A stretch of 64,000 nucleotides of DNA. Source: Spirochaetaceae bacterium. GTDB lineage: Bacteria > Spirochaetota > Spirochaetia > Treponematales > Breznakiellaceae. The position numbers and the translations under genes are program-made. Below, piece by piece: positions 37,510 through 48,400 of this stretch; the first letter of the stretch is position 1, and every line of letters begins with the position of its first letter. Below the pieces are notes generated by a model. The model was not told the origin of the DNA, ran no database searches, and was given only the letters and a program-made list of their open reading frames with translations. The stretch is from NCBI GenBank assembly GCA_031278215.1, contig JAITKV010000012.1:4874-68873 (forward strand), given 5' to 3'.

Positions 37510-39050
37510 AGGGCCCCCTCGTAATCGTATTCCACAATCACCGCCGAATCATCCAGGGCCATGGCTTCCAGTTCTTCTTTGGAAAGTTCATCGGAGGTCT
37601 TAAGCTTGCGCCGGTAAATAAGGCCTATAACCTGGATTACAATAAGGGGGGCCATGGCCACCATGGAAACAATGCCAAAGGCGTCGATTAGAAGGTCCCC
37701 GCCCAGGCCTTCGCAGGTTCCCATGGCCAGGGGAAGAAGAAACGTAGAAGTAAGGGGGCCCGAGCAGACCCCGCCGGAGTCAAAGGCTATGCCGGTAAAA
37801 ATGGCGGGAACAAAAAAAGTTAGTCCCAGGGCAATGATGTAACCGGGCACAAGGAACCACAGCAGATGAATATCCAGAAGAAGCCGGAGCATGGAAAGCC
37901 CCAGGGCCGCGGCCATACCGATGGAAAAACCCCGTTTAAGTACTTTTTGGGGAATAGCCCCGGAAGAGATTTCTTCCACCTCTTTAATAAGCACATGAAC
38001 GGCGGGTTCCGCCTCTACGATGAAGTATCCGAAAAGCATTCCCAGGGGAATTAAAATCCACCGTTTAAAGGGAGAAAGCGCCAGCTCTACCCCTAAGAAT
38101 TGACCCACGGGGATAAACCCAACGTTAACCCCCGTAAGAAATACCACCAGGCCTATGAAAGTATAGAAAAACCCCACCACGATTCTGACCAGCTGGTGCC
38201 GTTTATACCGCCGGAAAATAAGCTGAAAAACAAAGAAAATAACCAGCACCGCCCCCAGGGCCTTAATTACCTCGTTTGCATAATGGGGGAATTTTACGGC
38301 AAAAATTTCGACCACATCCCTGGAGGTTTCTACCACCGGCACCTGGTGGCTTTCTACCCGCCCGCCGCCGGGGTCAAAAAAGATTCCCAGCAGAAGGACC
38401 GCCAAGATAGGCCCTATGCTGCACAAGGCCACCAGGCCAAAACTGTCGTTCTGGGAATTTTTGTCGGTCCGCAGGGCCGCGACCCCCAGGCCCATGGCCA
38501 GAATAAAGGGAACCGTAATAGGGCCGGTGGTAACCCCCCCGGAGTCAAAGGCCACGGGAACGAAATTTGGCGGAGCAAAAAAAACCAGCCCAAAGGTAAT
38601 AAGGTAAAATACAAAAAGCAGAACAGAAAGCCGTATTTTAAACAGGATCCGTAAGATGGCCACCATAAAGAAAAATCCTACCCCGCAGGCTACGGCCAGG
38701 ATCAACTGCAGGGGAGGGATTGAAGGAACCTGCCGGGAAAGTACTTGAAGGTCCGGCTCGGCAACGGTGATAACCAGACCCATGATAAAACTTACCAGAA
38801 GGGCCAAAACTATATTAAAAGTTTTGGTTACATGGATGCCTATTCCTTCCCCCATGGGTATCATCGCCATATCGGCTCCCAGGGTAAAAAAGCCCATGCC
38901 AATAATCAGCAGCGAGGCCCCCACAATAAAGGTTAGGATAGTCCCCGTAGGCATGGGAACCAAGAACACGCTGGCAAGAAGCACAATAAGCGTAATAGGG
39001 AGCACCGAAGAAAAAGCTTCCATTATTTTGCCGTATAGTATTTTGTTCAT
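37506..39050 (-). CDS. DUF1538 family polytopic membrane protein (uncharacterised transporter-like)
   Basis: 514 aa with an internally duplicated layout. Recurring motifs are AFDSGGVTTGP.TVPF and AFDSGGVCSGPLTSTF in the two halves. Confidence 0.75.
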   Translation of the reverse strand: MNKILYGKIMEAFSSVLPITLIVLLASVFLVPMPTGTILTFIVGASLLIIGMGFFTLGADMAMIPMGEGIGIHVTKTFNIVLALLVSFIMGLVITVAEPDLQVLSRQVPSIPPLQLILAVACGVGFFFMVAILRILFKIRLSVLLFVFYLITFGLVFFAPPNFVPVAFDSGGVTTGPITVPFILAMGLGVAALRTDKNSQNDSFGLVALCSIGPILAVLLLGIFFDPGGGRVESHQVPVVETSRDVVEIFAVKFPHYANEVIKALGAVLVIFFVFQLIFRRYKRHQLVRIVVGFFYTFIGLVVFLTGVNVGFIPVGQFLGVELALSPFKRWILIPLGMLFGYFIVEAEPAVHVLIKEVEEISSGAIPQKVLKRGFSIGMAAALGLSMLRLLLDIHLLWFLVPGYIIALGLTFFVPAIFTGIAFDSGGVCSGPLTSTFLLPLAMGTCEGLGGDLLIDAFGIVSMVAMAPLIVIQVIGLIYRRKLKTSDELSKEELEAMALDDSAVIVEYDYEGAL

Positions 39051-39089
39051 AGGATAAATGTAGTATAATAGCTTGGGGGGATAAATTCT

Positions 39090-41099
39090 ATGATCGAAAA
39101 GAGCGCAATTGAAAAAAAAGACCGGCTTCTTGGAGTGGCCGTACCCGTAGGCGCTCTGCGAAGCGCCGAAAGTACCGGGGTGGGGGAATTTCTGGACCTG
39201 ATTGATTTTGCCGGTCTTTGCGCCGGCATGGGGATATCGTTGATCCAGATACTTCCGGTAAACGACACAGGATATGAAAGCTCTCCCTACAGCGCCCTAA
39301 CCGCGTTTGCCCTGCATCCCCTGTACATCCGGCTTAAGGCCCTGGACGAGGCGGCTTCTTTTAATACGGCGATTGAAGAGCTGGGCGGACAATTCAACCG
39401 GGAAAGCCGCTTTCCCTACGATAAGGTACTACGGGCAAAAATGAACCTGCTGCGGCAAATGTACAACGCCAATGCGGCGGTTATAGAGGCGGAGGCTAGA
39501 TCCGGGGTCTTGTCCAGGTGGATAGAAGAAAACCCCTGGGTTAAAACCTATGCGGTATTCCGGCGGCTTAAGGAATCCAACGGGGAAAAGAGCTGGAAAG
39601 AATGGACCCTTTACCGGCAGGTAAGCCCCGGGGACGTCCGGTTTCTGTGGGAGGATCCCGTTTTAAAGGGAGAGCACCTTTTTTGGGTTTGGCTGCAAAA
39701 GGCCCTGGACAGGCAGTTTGCCCGGGCGGCAAAGGCCATACGGAATATGGGCCTTTTTTTGGAAGGGGATATTCCCATCTTGATGAACGAAGATTCCTGC
39801 GACGTCTGGTCCGGGCCCGATATTTTCCGGCTCGATCTATCCGCCGGGGCGCCGCCGGACATGTACAGTCCCGGGGGCCAAAATTGGGGGTTTCCCATTT
39901 ATAACTGGGAATGCCAGTCCCAGGATAACTTTAGCTGGTGGAAGGCCCGGCTTAAGTCCGCCTCCCGGTACTATGATGCGTACCGGATCGATCATGTGCT
40001 GGGGTTTTTTCGGATCTGGGCTTCTTCCCGGTTTGACGATTCCGCCGCCCTGGGGCGGTACGTACCCTATGTTCCCGTTACCCGGGAGGATCTGGAAAAA
40101 CTGGGTTTTAACGGTGAAAGAATACGGTGGCTTTCGCAGCCGCATATTCCCGCCGGAGACGTCTGGGACGCCGTTAGAAGTAATTGGGGGGGCGTTACTT
40201 CTTCCGGAGAGATTGCCGCGGAAGCGGGGCGGATTTTTGACCAGGCCCTGGACCGGATTGGCAACGAAGATCTGTGGCTGTTCAAAAAAAAGATCCGGGG
40301 AGAAAAGGATCTTCGATCCCTGGGCCTGCGCCCTCCGGCAGAGGCCGCGCTTATTCACTTTTGGCATGACCGGCTTTTTTATGAATACCAGGAGGGGGAA
40401 TTTTTTCCCGTCTGGTATTACCGGAACAGCCGTTCTTATAACTCCCTTTCGGAGGCCGAACGGTCGGGGCTGGAAGAATTGCTGGCCCTGCGCAAAACGG
40501 AATCGGAACAGATCTGGGAATCCGGGGGGCTGCGGTTTCTTTCGGTCCTGGCGGAGTCTTCTCCCATGCTTCCCTGCGCGGAGGATCTGGGGGCGGTGCC
40601 GGACTGTGTGCCCAGGGTCCTTGCCAAGCTGCATATTTTGGGGCTGCGGGTTATACGCTGGACCCGCCGCTGGGACCATGAAGGCCAGCCCTACGTACCC
40701 TTTAGCGAGTACCCGGAACTTTCTGTCTGTACCCCGTCGGTTCACGACAGTTCCACCCTGCGTGAATGGTGGGATACCGAGGCGGATCAAAAAACCTTTG
40801 CGGGTTTTCTTGGCATACCGTCGCTGCCCAGGGTGTACAATCCGGGGACGGCAAAAATCGTATTAAAACACGCCGCGGCCGCGGCGTCCCGGTTCCGGGT
40901 TTTTCAAATACAGGATCTGCTTCATCTGTCCCAGCACTGGTATGCCGCCGAACCTTCCCAGGAGCGGATAAATATCCCCGGCACCACCGGCGCATTTAAC
41001 TGGACCTACCGGCTTCCCGCGACCATCCAAGAGCTGAGCATGGATACGGATCTTATCCAGGCCATAAAAGAACTGGCGGAGGCTGGACCCGAAAAGTAA
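39090..41099 (+). CDS. malQ: 4-alpha-glucanotransferase (amylomaltase, GH77)
   Basis: GVGEFLDLIDF...LPVNDT...SPYSALTAFALHPLY, YRIDHVLGFFRIW and AEDLG motifs. Confidence 0.9.
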   Translation: MIEKSAIEKKDRLLGVAVPVGALRSAESTGVGEFLDLIDFAGLCAGMGISLIQILPVNDTGYESSPYSALTAFALHPLYIRLKALDEAASFNTAIEELGGQFNRESRFPYDKVLRAKMNLLRQMYNANAAVIEAEARSGVLSRWIEENPWVKTYAVFRRLKESNGEKSWKEWTLYRQVSPGDVRFLWEDPVLKGEHLFWVWLQKALDRQFARAAKAIRNMGLFLEGDIPILMNEDSCDVWSGPDIFRLDLSAGAPPDMYSPGGQNWGFPIYNWECQSQDNFSWWKARLKSASRYYDAYRIDHVLGFFRIWASSRFDDSAALGRYVPYVPVTREDLEKLGFNGERIRWLSQPHIPAGDVWDAVRSNWGGVTSSGEIAAEAGRIFDQALDRIGNEDLWLFKKKIRGEKDLRSLGLRPPAEAALIHFWHDRLFYEYQEGEFFPVWYYRNSRSYNSLSEAERSGLEELLALRKTESEQIWESGGLRFLSVLAESSPMLPCAEDLGAVPDCVPRVLAKLHILGLRVIRWTRRWDHEGQPYVPFSEYPELSVCTPSVHDSSTLREWWDTEADQKTFAGFLGIPSLPRVYNPGTAKIVLKHAAAAASRFRVFQIQDLLHLSQHWYAAEPSQERINIPGTTGAFNWTYRLPATIQELSMDTDLIQAIKELAEAGPEK

Positions 41100-41180
41100 C
41101 CCCCGGCAGCTTCGAACCGCCGGAGTATAAAATTCCCGGCGGCTTGCCCGGCCCCGCGGGCCTGTGGTATATTAAAGGTA

Positions 41181-43328
41181 ATGGTCGATTTTGTAGTAGA
41201 GACCGGGAAACCCCTGCCCCTAGGAGCGGAACTAACCGGCGAGGGGGTAAATTTTTCTCTTTTTTCCCGGCACGCCCAAGCGGTGACCCTGATACTTTTT
41301 GAATCCGCCGAAAAAAACAGCCCCTTTACAGAAATAAAACTTGACCTGCGGCACAACAAAACCGGGGATATTTGGCATTGTCATATCCGGGGCCTTAAGG
41401 CCGGAACCTGCTATCTTTACCGGGCCGAGGGGCCGTATATGCCCGAACGGGGCTTCCGGTTTAATCCGTACAAGACCCTGATCGATCCCTATGCAAAGGC
41501 CCTTACCGATTTAAGCGAATGGGACATTAGATCCTGTCTGGGCTACGACCCCAATAATCCCGCCGGGGATTTGTCTTTTTCCACCAAAGACGATATTCTT
41601 CTTCAGCCCCGCTGCATTGTGGTGGACAATAACTTTGACTGGCAGGGAGACGTTCCCCTTAACTATCCTCTGCGGTTTAGCGTGCTTTACGAAACCCACA
41701 TCAAGGGCATGACGGCCCATGAAAATTCCGGCGTCCAACACCGGGGTACATACCGGGGAATAATTGAAAGAATTCCGTTTTTAAAAGAATTAGGCGTTAC
41801 AAGCCTGGAGTTTCTTCCGCTGCAGGAATTTAACGAACGGGAATTCCCCCGGATTAATCCGAAAACGGGAACGCTCCTTACCAATTACTGGGGCTACTCC
41901 ACGGTGGCGTTTTTTGCCCCCAAGGGTTCTTACGCGGCGGACAAGAACCCCGGCGCCCAGGTTCGAGAATTTAAAGAAATGGTTAGGGAGCTCCACAAGG
42001 CCGGCCTGGAGGTAATTTTGGACATTGTCTTTAACCATACCGCCGAAGGAAACGAACAGGGCCCCACCTTTTCGTTCCGGGGCCTGGATAATTCAATTTA
42101 TTATATCCTTAACGAAAACCGACGGTACTATCAAAACTATTCCGGCTGTGGCAATACCCTTAACTGCAATCACCCGGTGGTGCGGAGTTTTATCGTGGAC
42201 TGTCTTCACTACTGGGTAACGCAGATGCATGTGGACGGTTTTCGCTTTGATCTGGGGTCCATCCTGGGCCGGGACCAGAAGGGCCGGCTTATGGAAAATC
42301 CTCCCACCCTGGAATTGATCGCCGAAGATCCGGTGCTTAGCCACACCAAGATTATTGCCGAAGCCTGGGATGCCGGCGGCGCGTATCAGGTGGGCTGGTT
42401 TCCCGGGGGCCGCTGGGCGGAATGGAACGACAGTTACCGGGACGACATTCGTCTGTACTGGCGGGGGGATCCCCAGCAAACCCGGCATTTGGCAACCCGC
42501 CTTTCCGGTTCCAGCGATTTGTATTTACGGGACGGCCGCAAGCCCTTTCATTCAATAAACTTTGTTACCAGCCACGACGGTTTTACCCTGCAGGATCTGG
42601 TTTCGTATAACGAGAAACATAACGAAGATAACGGGGAAGAAGGCCGGGACGGCAATAACAATAATTGCAGTTACAATAACGGCGTTGAAGGACCCAGTTC
42701 TAATCCCCTAACCGAAAAAATTCGCCAGCAGATTATAAAAAACTTTATCGCCACCATGATGGTTTCTTTGGGAACCCCGATGATCCTGGGGGGCGATGAA
42801 ATAGGCCGGACCCAGAAGGGCAACAACAACGCGTACTGTCAAGACAATGAAATTTCCTGGTACGATTGGTCTTTCCTTAAAAAAAACCGGAATCTGTTTC
42901 GTTTTGTCCGGGAAATAATCGCCTTTCGGCTGCGGCACCATGGTTTTATGCGGCCCGAATTTTATACCGGCCGGGATGGAAGCTACAACGCCATTCCCGA
43001 CATTACCTGGTTTGACGAAGACGGAAACATTGTGGACTGGGACAAGATTGGCTATTGCATGGCCATGCGTATGGACGGCAGCAAGGCCGATATATTAGCC
43101 GACAAGGATGACAACGATTTTTTTATCATGTTTAACGGAGGAAACAAAAAAATTGCTTTTTCTGTCTGCGATCCCTTGGGAAGCAAAGGATGGTTCCGGG
43201 CGGTGGATACGGCCCTTCCCTCGCCGGAAGATATTCTGCTTCCCGGTACGGAAAAGCCCCTGGACATTCCGGACTGTTATGTGGTTCGGGAACGGAGTAT
43301 GGTTATTTTAATTTCAAAACCGGTGTAA
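41181..43328 (+). CDS. glgX: Glycogen debranching enzyme (isoamylase-type, GH13)
   Basis: PLGA......GVNFSLFS N-terminal domain. Catalytic regions DIVFNHT, GFRFDLG, IAEAWD and FVTSHDGFTL. Confidence 0.9.
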   Translation: MVDFVVETGKPLPLGAELTGEGVNFSLFSRHAQAVTLILFESAEKNSPFTEIKLDLRHNKTGDIWHCHIRGLKAGTCYLYRAEGPYMPERGFRFNPYKTLIDPYAKALTDLSEWDIRSCLGYDPNNPAGDLSFSTKDDILLQPRCIVVDNNFDWQGDVPLNYPLRFSVLYETHIKGMTAHENSGVQHRGTYRGIIERIPFLKELGVTSLEFLPLQEFNEREFPRINPKTGTLLTNYWGYSTVAFFAPKGSYAADKNPGAQVREFKEMVRELHKAGLEVILDIVFNHTAEGNEQGPTFSFRGLDNSIYYILNENRRYYQNYSGCGNTLNCNHPVVRSFIVDCLHYWVTQMHVDGFRFDLGSILGRDQKGRLMENPPTLELIAEDPVLSHTKIIAEAWDAGGAYQVGWFPGGRWAEWNDSYRDDIRLYWRGDPQQTRHLATRLSGSSDLYLRDGRKPFHSINFVTSHDGFTLQDLVSYNEKHNEDNGEEGRDGNNNNCSYNNGVEGPSSNPLTEKIRQQIIKNFIATMMVSLGTPMILGGDEIGRTQKGNNNAYCQDNEISWYDWSFLKKNRNLFRFVREIIAFRLRHHGFMRPEFYTGRDGSYNAIPDITWFDEDGNIVDWDKIGYCMAMRMDGSKADILADKDDNDFFIMFNGGNKKIAFSVCDPLGSKGWFRAVDTALPSPEDILLPGTEKPLDIPDCYVVRERSMVILISKPV

Positions 43329-43955
43329 TTGGAGGAAAAGGTTGTGGATGAAAGCAGTTTTATCCTGGGGGTTGATCTTGATGGCGTCGTGGGGGATTTT
43401 TACGGCGCCATGCGGAAAATTGCCGCCGAATGGCTTAACAGGAAAGAAGAATCCCTGACCGAAGACATAAGCTACGGTCTGGAAGAATGGAATTTGGCCG
43501 AATGCGGCGGTTATGACCGGCTGCACCGCTTTGCGGTAACACAGCGAAATCTTTTTAAGGATATGCTTCCCATTAAAGATGCTCCGGTAACGTTGCGAAA
43601 ACTTTCTAACCGGGGAGTGCGGATCCGCATTATTACCAACCGGATTTTTTTAAAATATTTTCATAAAACCAGCATTACCCAGACCGTAGACTGGCTTGAT
43701 AACTATGATATTCCCTATTGGGATATTTGCTTTATGAACGACAAGGTCGCGGTGGGGGCCCATGTGTACATTGACGACGCTCCGCAGAATATCACCCACC
43801 TGCGGGACCAGGGGCAAAAAATAATAGTTTTTTCCAATTCTACCAACCGGGGGCTGCCGGGCCCCCGGGCCGATTCCTGGCTTGAGGCGGAGCGGATAGT
43901 TCTTGAGGCCATGGATGAGTGGCGGACCGGAACCGCCAACTTATTTACCCAATAG
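43329..43955 (+). CDS. HAD-superfamily 5'(3')-deoxyribonucleotidase-like phosphatase
   Basis: DLDGVVGDF (DxDxV motif I), ...ITNR and YIDDAP. The TTG start abuts the glgX stop; GTG 43344 is an alternative. Confidence 0.55.
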   Translation: MEEKVVDESSFILGVDLDGVVGDFYGAMRKIAAEWLNRKEESLTEDISYGLEEWNLAECGGYDRLHRFAVTQRNLFKDMLPIKDAPVTLRKLSNRGVRIRIITNRIFLKYFHKTSITQTVDWLDNYDIPYWDICFMNDKVAVGAHVYIDDAPQNITHLRDQGQKIIVFSNSTNRGLPGPRADSWLEAERIVLEAMDEWRTGTANLFTQ

Positions 43956-43975
43956 GGAACTTTCCGGGGCAGGGT

Positions 43976-45433
43976 ATGCAAAAAACCGAACGGGTAGAAC
44001 TTTTGGTGGCAAACAAGCCCGGGGTGCTGGGCCGGGTGGCGGGGCATATCCGCCACGAGGGCTGGAATATCAAGCGGCTTATGGTGGACGAGTTTAACGC
44101 CGCCGATTCTGGCGCCGCCGATTCTGGCGCCGCCGATTCTGGCGCCGCCGGGGACCACGCCGGAATGTCCCGAATGGAAATAGACATCGAGGGGACCCAT
44201 ACCAAACTGGCCCGGGTGATGGACAGGCTTCTTAATCTGGATTGTGTGATCAGCATCAGCATGATCCAGGATGGAAAAAAAGCCGTCCGGAGCCGTCCCC
44301 GGGAAAAGGCCCCCCCCAAGGCAGAACTTGAACAGACGCTTAGGGCCCCTGCAAAAAAAGACGGCTGTTTTCGCATCCTTGCTGTCAACCCCGGTTCCAC
44401 TTCCACTAAATTCGGCATCTATGACGATGAAGCCTGCATACTCTTTAAGAAAATAGAACACGATCCGGCCCAGCTTGCCCGGCTTGGCGCCGTATTGGAA
44501 CAAAAGGAACTGCGCCGGGACTGCATTATGAAAAGCCTTGAAGGAGCGGATATTCCCCTGTCTTCCCTTGATGCGGTGGCGGGCCGGGGAGGGCTTTTAA
44601 AACCCATTGAAAGCGGAACCTACGGCATCGGCAAAAAGATGCTGGAGGATCTTCATTCTGCCACCGCGGCGATTCATGCATCGGCCCTGGGGGCTATTAT
44701 CGCCGCGGAAATTGCCGATCCGCTTTCTATCCCCGCCTATGTGGTGGACCCAATTGTGGTGGACGAAATGGACCGCAATGCCAAACTTACCGGCATGCCC
44801 GGAGTGGAACGTTCCAGCGTTTTCCACGCGCTGAACCAAAAGGCCATTGCCAGACGGCTTGCGGCGGAACTTGGCATGGCCTATGAAAACGCCCGCTTTA
44901 TTGTGGCCCACCTGGGCGGGGGCATTACCGTTGGAGCCCACCGCTATGGCAGGGTTATCGATGTGAACGACGCCCTTTCCGGGGAAGGCCCCTTTACGCC
45001 GGAAAGAACCGGCGCGATCCCGGTTATTCCGGTTATCGATATGTGTTTTTCCGGCGAATACACCGAGGAGGAGATGATTGAACGGATTACCAAAAGGGGC
45101 GGGATGCGGGCCTACCTGGGAACGGGAGATATCCGGATAGTGCAAAAGATGATCAACGACGGGGATGAATTTGCCGCCCTGGTGCTGGATTCCATGGCCT
45201 ACCAGGTATCAAAAGAAATCGGCGCCATGACCGCGGTGCTGGAAGGCCTGGTGGACGCGATTATCCTTACCGGGGGCCTGGCCCATTCCACCCGCTTTAC
45301 CGGGGCCATTAAACAGCGGGTGGACAAACTTGCGCCGGTGCACGTGTTCCCCGGCGAAGACGAGATGATCGCCCTGGTGGAAGGGGTTCTTCGGGTGCTA
45401 AGGGGAAAGGAACAGGCCGCCCGGTATGAGTAG
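43976..45433 (+). CDS. buk: Butyrate (short/branched-chain acyl) kinase with an N-terminal IlvH-type ACT domain
   Basis: Residues ~1-95: VELLVANKPGVLGRVAGHIRHEGWNIKRL....SRMEIDIEG....RVMDRLLNLDCV (ACT). After a linker comes a full Buk core (ILAVNPGSTSTKFGIYDDE.....HASALGA....GGGITVGAH). Confidence 0.85.
   Translation: MQKTERVELLVANKPGVLGRVAGHIRHEGWNIKRLMVDEFNAADSGAADSGAADSGAAGDHAGMSRMEIDIEGTHTKLARVMDRLLNLDCVISISMIQDGKKAVRSRPREKAPPKAELEQTLRAPAKKDGCFRILAVNPGSTSTKFGIYDDEACILFKKIEHDPAQLARLGAVLEQKELRRDCIMKSLEGADIPLSSLDAVAGRGGLLKPIESGTYGIGKKMLEDLHSATAAIHASALGAIIAAEIADPLSIPAYVVDPIVVDEMDRNAKLTGMPGVERSSVFHALNQKAIARRLAAELGMAYENARFIVAHLGGGITVGAHRYGRVIDVNDALSGEGPFTPERTGAIPVIPVIDMCFSGEYTEEEMIERITKRGGMRAYLGTGDIRIVQKMINDGDEFAALVLDSMAYQVSKEIGAMTAVLEGLVDAIILTGGLAHSTRFTGAIKQRVDKLAPVHVFPGEDEMIALVEGVLRVLRGKEQAARYE
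44099..44150 (+). repeat. Perfect 15-bp tandem repeat x3 (+7 bp) inside the ACT domain
   Basis: GCCGCCGATTCTGGC x3 encodes (AADSG)3. Confidence 0.9.
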
Positions 45434-45479
45434 GGCCCGTCTATAAAGCCGGCGGGCAGACTCTAATTAGGTCCGGCGC

Positions 45480-48400
45480 CTATTCGTCCGGCAGGGTAAT
45501 TCTTCCCGTGCGGCGGCGGGCTTCTTCCAGGGAAATGCCCTTCCGTTTTGCCCAGGCTTCCAGTTGATCCTTCGCGATTTCCCCGGCGCCAAAGTAACAG
45601 GCCTGGGGATGGGAAAAGTACATGCCGCAGATCGACGCGGCGGGGCTTATCATGGCAGATTCGGTTAACATAAGGCCTATCCGCTTTGGAACCTCCAGAA
45701 GGCGAAAACAGAGCTCCTTGTCCCGGTGATCCGGGCAGGCGGCATACCCGAAGGCGGGGCGGATGCCCCGGTATGCGCCGCGAAAAAGATTTTTTCTGCT
45801 TAGATTTTCCTGCGGGCTATAGCCCCAGAGTTCACGGCGCACCCGTTCATGTAATTCTTCGGCAAAGGCCTCTGCCAGCCGGTTTGCCAAGGAGGCAAGC
45901 AGCAGGGCGCTGTAATCATCATTCTGGCTTTTGTATTGGGCCACGGGTTCTTCAAGCCCAAACCCTGCGGAAAGGGCAAAGAGTCCCAGCCAGTCCGCCG
46001 AAGAGGCGGCGGCCCCCGGGTCCAGATATTTTGTTTTTGGTAGAATAAAATCTGCCAGGCAAAGATTCGGCCTGCCGCCAAGGGGGCCGGCGGTTCCGGG
46101 ATCCGGGCCGCCGGCGGGCTTTTTTTCCTGGTTCCGCAGAAAACAAAACCGTCCCAGTTCCTCTTCCGTGCTAAAACCCCGGGAACCTTCACCGCCGGCT
46201 CCGTCCCGGTACAGCACGATATCTTCGTCTTCAGAAAGGGCGGGAAAAAACCCCAACACCGCCCGCAGGGAAAGGAGTTTTTCTTTTTGGATTCTCTCCA
46301 ATAATTTTTCGGCGTCCGCGGCAAATTTTTGCCGGGCCTCCGTTCCCTTCGCGGCTCCCGGCCCCCCCCCTTCCGGGGTATCCGCCGCCGGATCCTTTGG
46401 CAGATCCCAGGACGCGTAAAAATCTTTCCAGTCGATGTAGGGAATCACCCGTTCCAGGGGATAGCCGGTATAGCTGATGATCCCCCGGGCATGGGGGGGC
46501 GGGGGCGGTTCCTTCCAGGGGGGGGAGAATTTATGGGCCCGGGCCTCTTCCAGGCCAAGGAACAGGCGATTTTCACCGATGCGTTTATGAAGCCGCCGGG
46601 CTTCGGCGTATTCTTTTTCCAGCTTTTCCAGAAAAGCCGCCCTGGTCTTTGGTGAAAGCAGGGACCGGATAACCGGAGGGGTCTGGCCCGCATCCCTGAC
46701 GTACACCACGGGTCCCGAATAGGCCGGGGCGATACGAAGGCTTGTATGGGCCACCCCGGTGGCGGCGCCTCCGATAAGCAGGGGCAGGGTGAACCGCTCC
46801 TTTTCCATGGCCTCGGCCACCCGGACCATTTCGTCCAAAGAAGGGCTAATCAGGCCGGACAATCCAACGCAGTCGGCGTTTGCCTCCTGGGCGGTTTTAA
46901 GTATTATTTCTGCAGGGACCATTACCCCCAGATCGATAACCTTGTAGCCGTTACAACCCAAAATTACCGATACGATGTTTTTTCCTATGTCGTGGACGTC
47001 TCCCTTAACCGTGGCAAGTACTATCTTCCCCGCCCCCTGCCCATCCCCGGTTCCGGCCATAAAGGGTTCCAGGGCCGCCACCGCCTTCTTCATTACCCGG
47101 GCGCTCCGTATCACCTGGGGAAGAAACATCTTTCCTTCTCCAAAGCGTTCCCCCACTTCTTCGATACCCTGCATAAGGGGGCCTTCGATAATTTCCAGGG
47201 GCTGCAGCCCCCGGGCGTATAGTTCAAGAACATCATCCTGAATGTATTTATCAATTCCCTTTAAAAGACCGTGGACGATCCGGGCCTCTGCCGCAAGGGC
47301 CCGCCACCGGGGAATGGCGCCGCCGCCGGAATCTTCCTGTTTTTCTCCGGCGCCAAGGGCCAGGAGCCGGTCTGTGGAGGACTGTCCGGTATCCCGGCAC
47401 AGTACGGCATCTTCCGCCGCCTTCCGCAGTTCAATCCGGACCTCGTCATAAGAAACAATTCCCGCAGGATTAAGGATCCCCATGGAAAGCCCCGCGTCGA
47501 TTGCATGTTTAAGAAAAACCGCGTGCAAAGCCCGGCGGATTTCTTCGTTGCCCCGGAAGCTAAAAGAAAGGTTAGAAATGCCCCCGGAAATATGAACCGC
47601 AGGGCAGTGTTCCCGGATCCAGGCGCAGGCCCGGATAAAATCTAACGCATAACGATCATGCTCGCCCATGCCTGTGGCAATGGTAAGCACATTGGGATCA
47701 AACACAATGTCCGCCGGAGGAAAGCCCGCGCCGGTAAGGATCCTGTAGGACCGTTCCGCAATTTCGATTTTCCGCTCGTAGCTTAAAGCCTGGCCCTGCT
47801 CATCGAAGAGCATAACCACCGCCGCGGCTCCGTAACGGCGGATAAGGCGGGCCCGGTAAAGAAATTCTTCTTCCCCCTCTTTAAGGCTGATAGAATTGAC
47901 CAGCCCCTTTCCCTGTATGCATTTAAGGGCGGCTTCTAAGATTTCCCACCGGGAACTGTCCGGCATCACCGGCGCCCGGGCAATTTCGGGGTCCGACAGC
48001 ATTAAGTTAAGAAAGCGGACCATGGTCTCTTTGCCGGGAAGGAGGGCGTCGTCCATGCATACGTCGATGATCCGCGCCCCCCCGGCGATCATCTCCCGGG
48101 TCATATCCAGGGCTTCTTCCCAGGAATTATTCTGGACCAGGCGAAGAAATTTTTTGCTTCCCGCCACGTTGGTCCGTTCCCCGATGTCGATAAATTCTTT
48201 CCCCACCGGAAGCGGTTCAAGCCCCGCCAGGACCGTTCGTTTTTCCGGCGCCGGAATCTGCCGGGGTTTGTAATCCTTTGCCAGATCGGCAATGGCCGCG
48301 ATATGTTCCGGGGTGGTACCGCAGCAGCCCCCCAGAATATTCACCAGTTTCCGGTCCAGGAATTCTTTTATATACGCGGCGGTTTCGCCGGGACCTTCGT

